From the NCBI RefSeq assembly GCF_009914755.1, contig NC_060931.1: DNA of 64,000 bases; one strand, written 5' to 3'. Position numbers and translations under genes: made by a program. The notes beneath the pieces were generated by a model. The model was not told the DNA's origin and made no database searches. It was given only the letters and a program-made list of their open reading frames with translations. The stretch is from the human T2T-CHM13v2.0 reference genome, Homo sapiens. Shown here one piece after another: positions 63,695-64,000 of this stretch; positions within the stretch are counted from its first letter, which is position 1; each line of letters begins with the position of its first letter.

Positions 63695-64000
63695 AGAAAA
63701 AGGAAAATGGACTAATGTTAAACACAGGCTGAATCTGCTCAATGTTTAGTTTTATTCCCAGCCAAACACTTAATAGCTATTTAAAATTCACTTTTATTAT
63801 CAAAATTCTGTCTATAACATATATATCATATATTTCATAATTTATATCATACATTTTCAGAAACATATACACCATATATTTTAGGAAATATATGATATAT
63901 ATTTCTTATCACAGTAGACTATGGCATGTGTTTTTGCTTTATACCTTACATTTGTTCATACAAAAATCTGTCTTAAACACAGGTATATGACATAAATATT

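Overview
Primate (human-like), AT-rich, CpG-depleted intronic or intergenic DNA, more than half of it decayed interspersed repeats. There is no recognisable known gene, RNA gene, CpG island or CRISPR array. Almost all entries in the ORF track are LINE-1, Alu or Tigger1 remnants, or chance ORFs. Main elements: three THE1 solo LTRs within 2 kb, a full-length L1PA7-like LINE-1 (minus strand, about 27.5-34.2 kb, with TSD), two 5'-inverted (twin-primed) L1s, an old near-full-length L1M, a near-complete Tigger1, about 15 Alus, and several MLT1/MER67/LTR33 LTRs, MITEs, MIRs and L2s. The best candidate for something undescribed is a repeat-poor island at about 23.2-25.3 kb. It holds a chain of phase-compatible minus-strand AG/GT-bounded segments. 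Two of them are paralogous and encode DDREEVEGAS and DDREEPDGAS, the second an exact tankyrase-binding RxxPDG motif. An old degenerate 38-39 bp tandem array lies just downstream. This could be a 60-aa microprotein gene or a decayed gene; it is inferred from sequence only. A second notable signal is a set of non-consensus variants shared by the two L1PA7-like copies. Repeat subfamily names come from recalled consensus sequences and need RepeatMasker/Dfam confirmation. Boundaries of old repeats are approximate.
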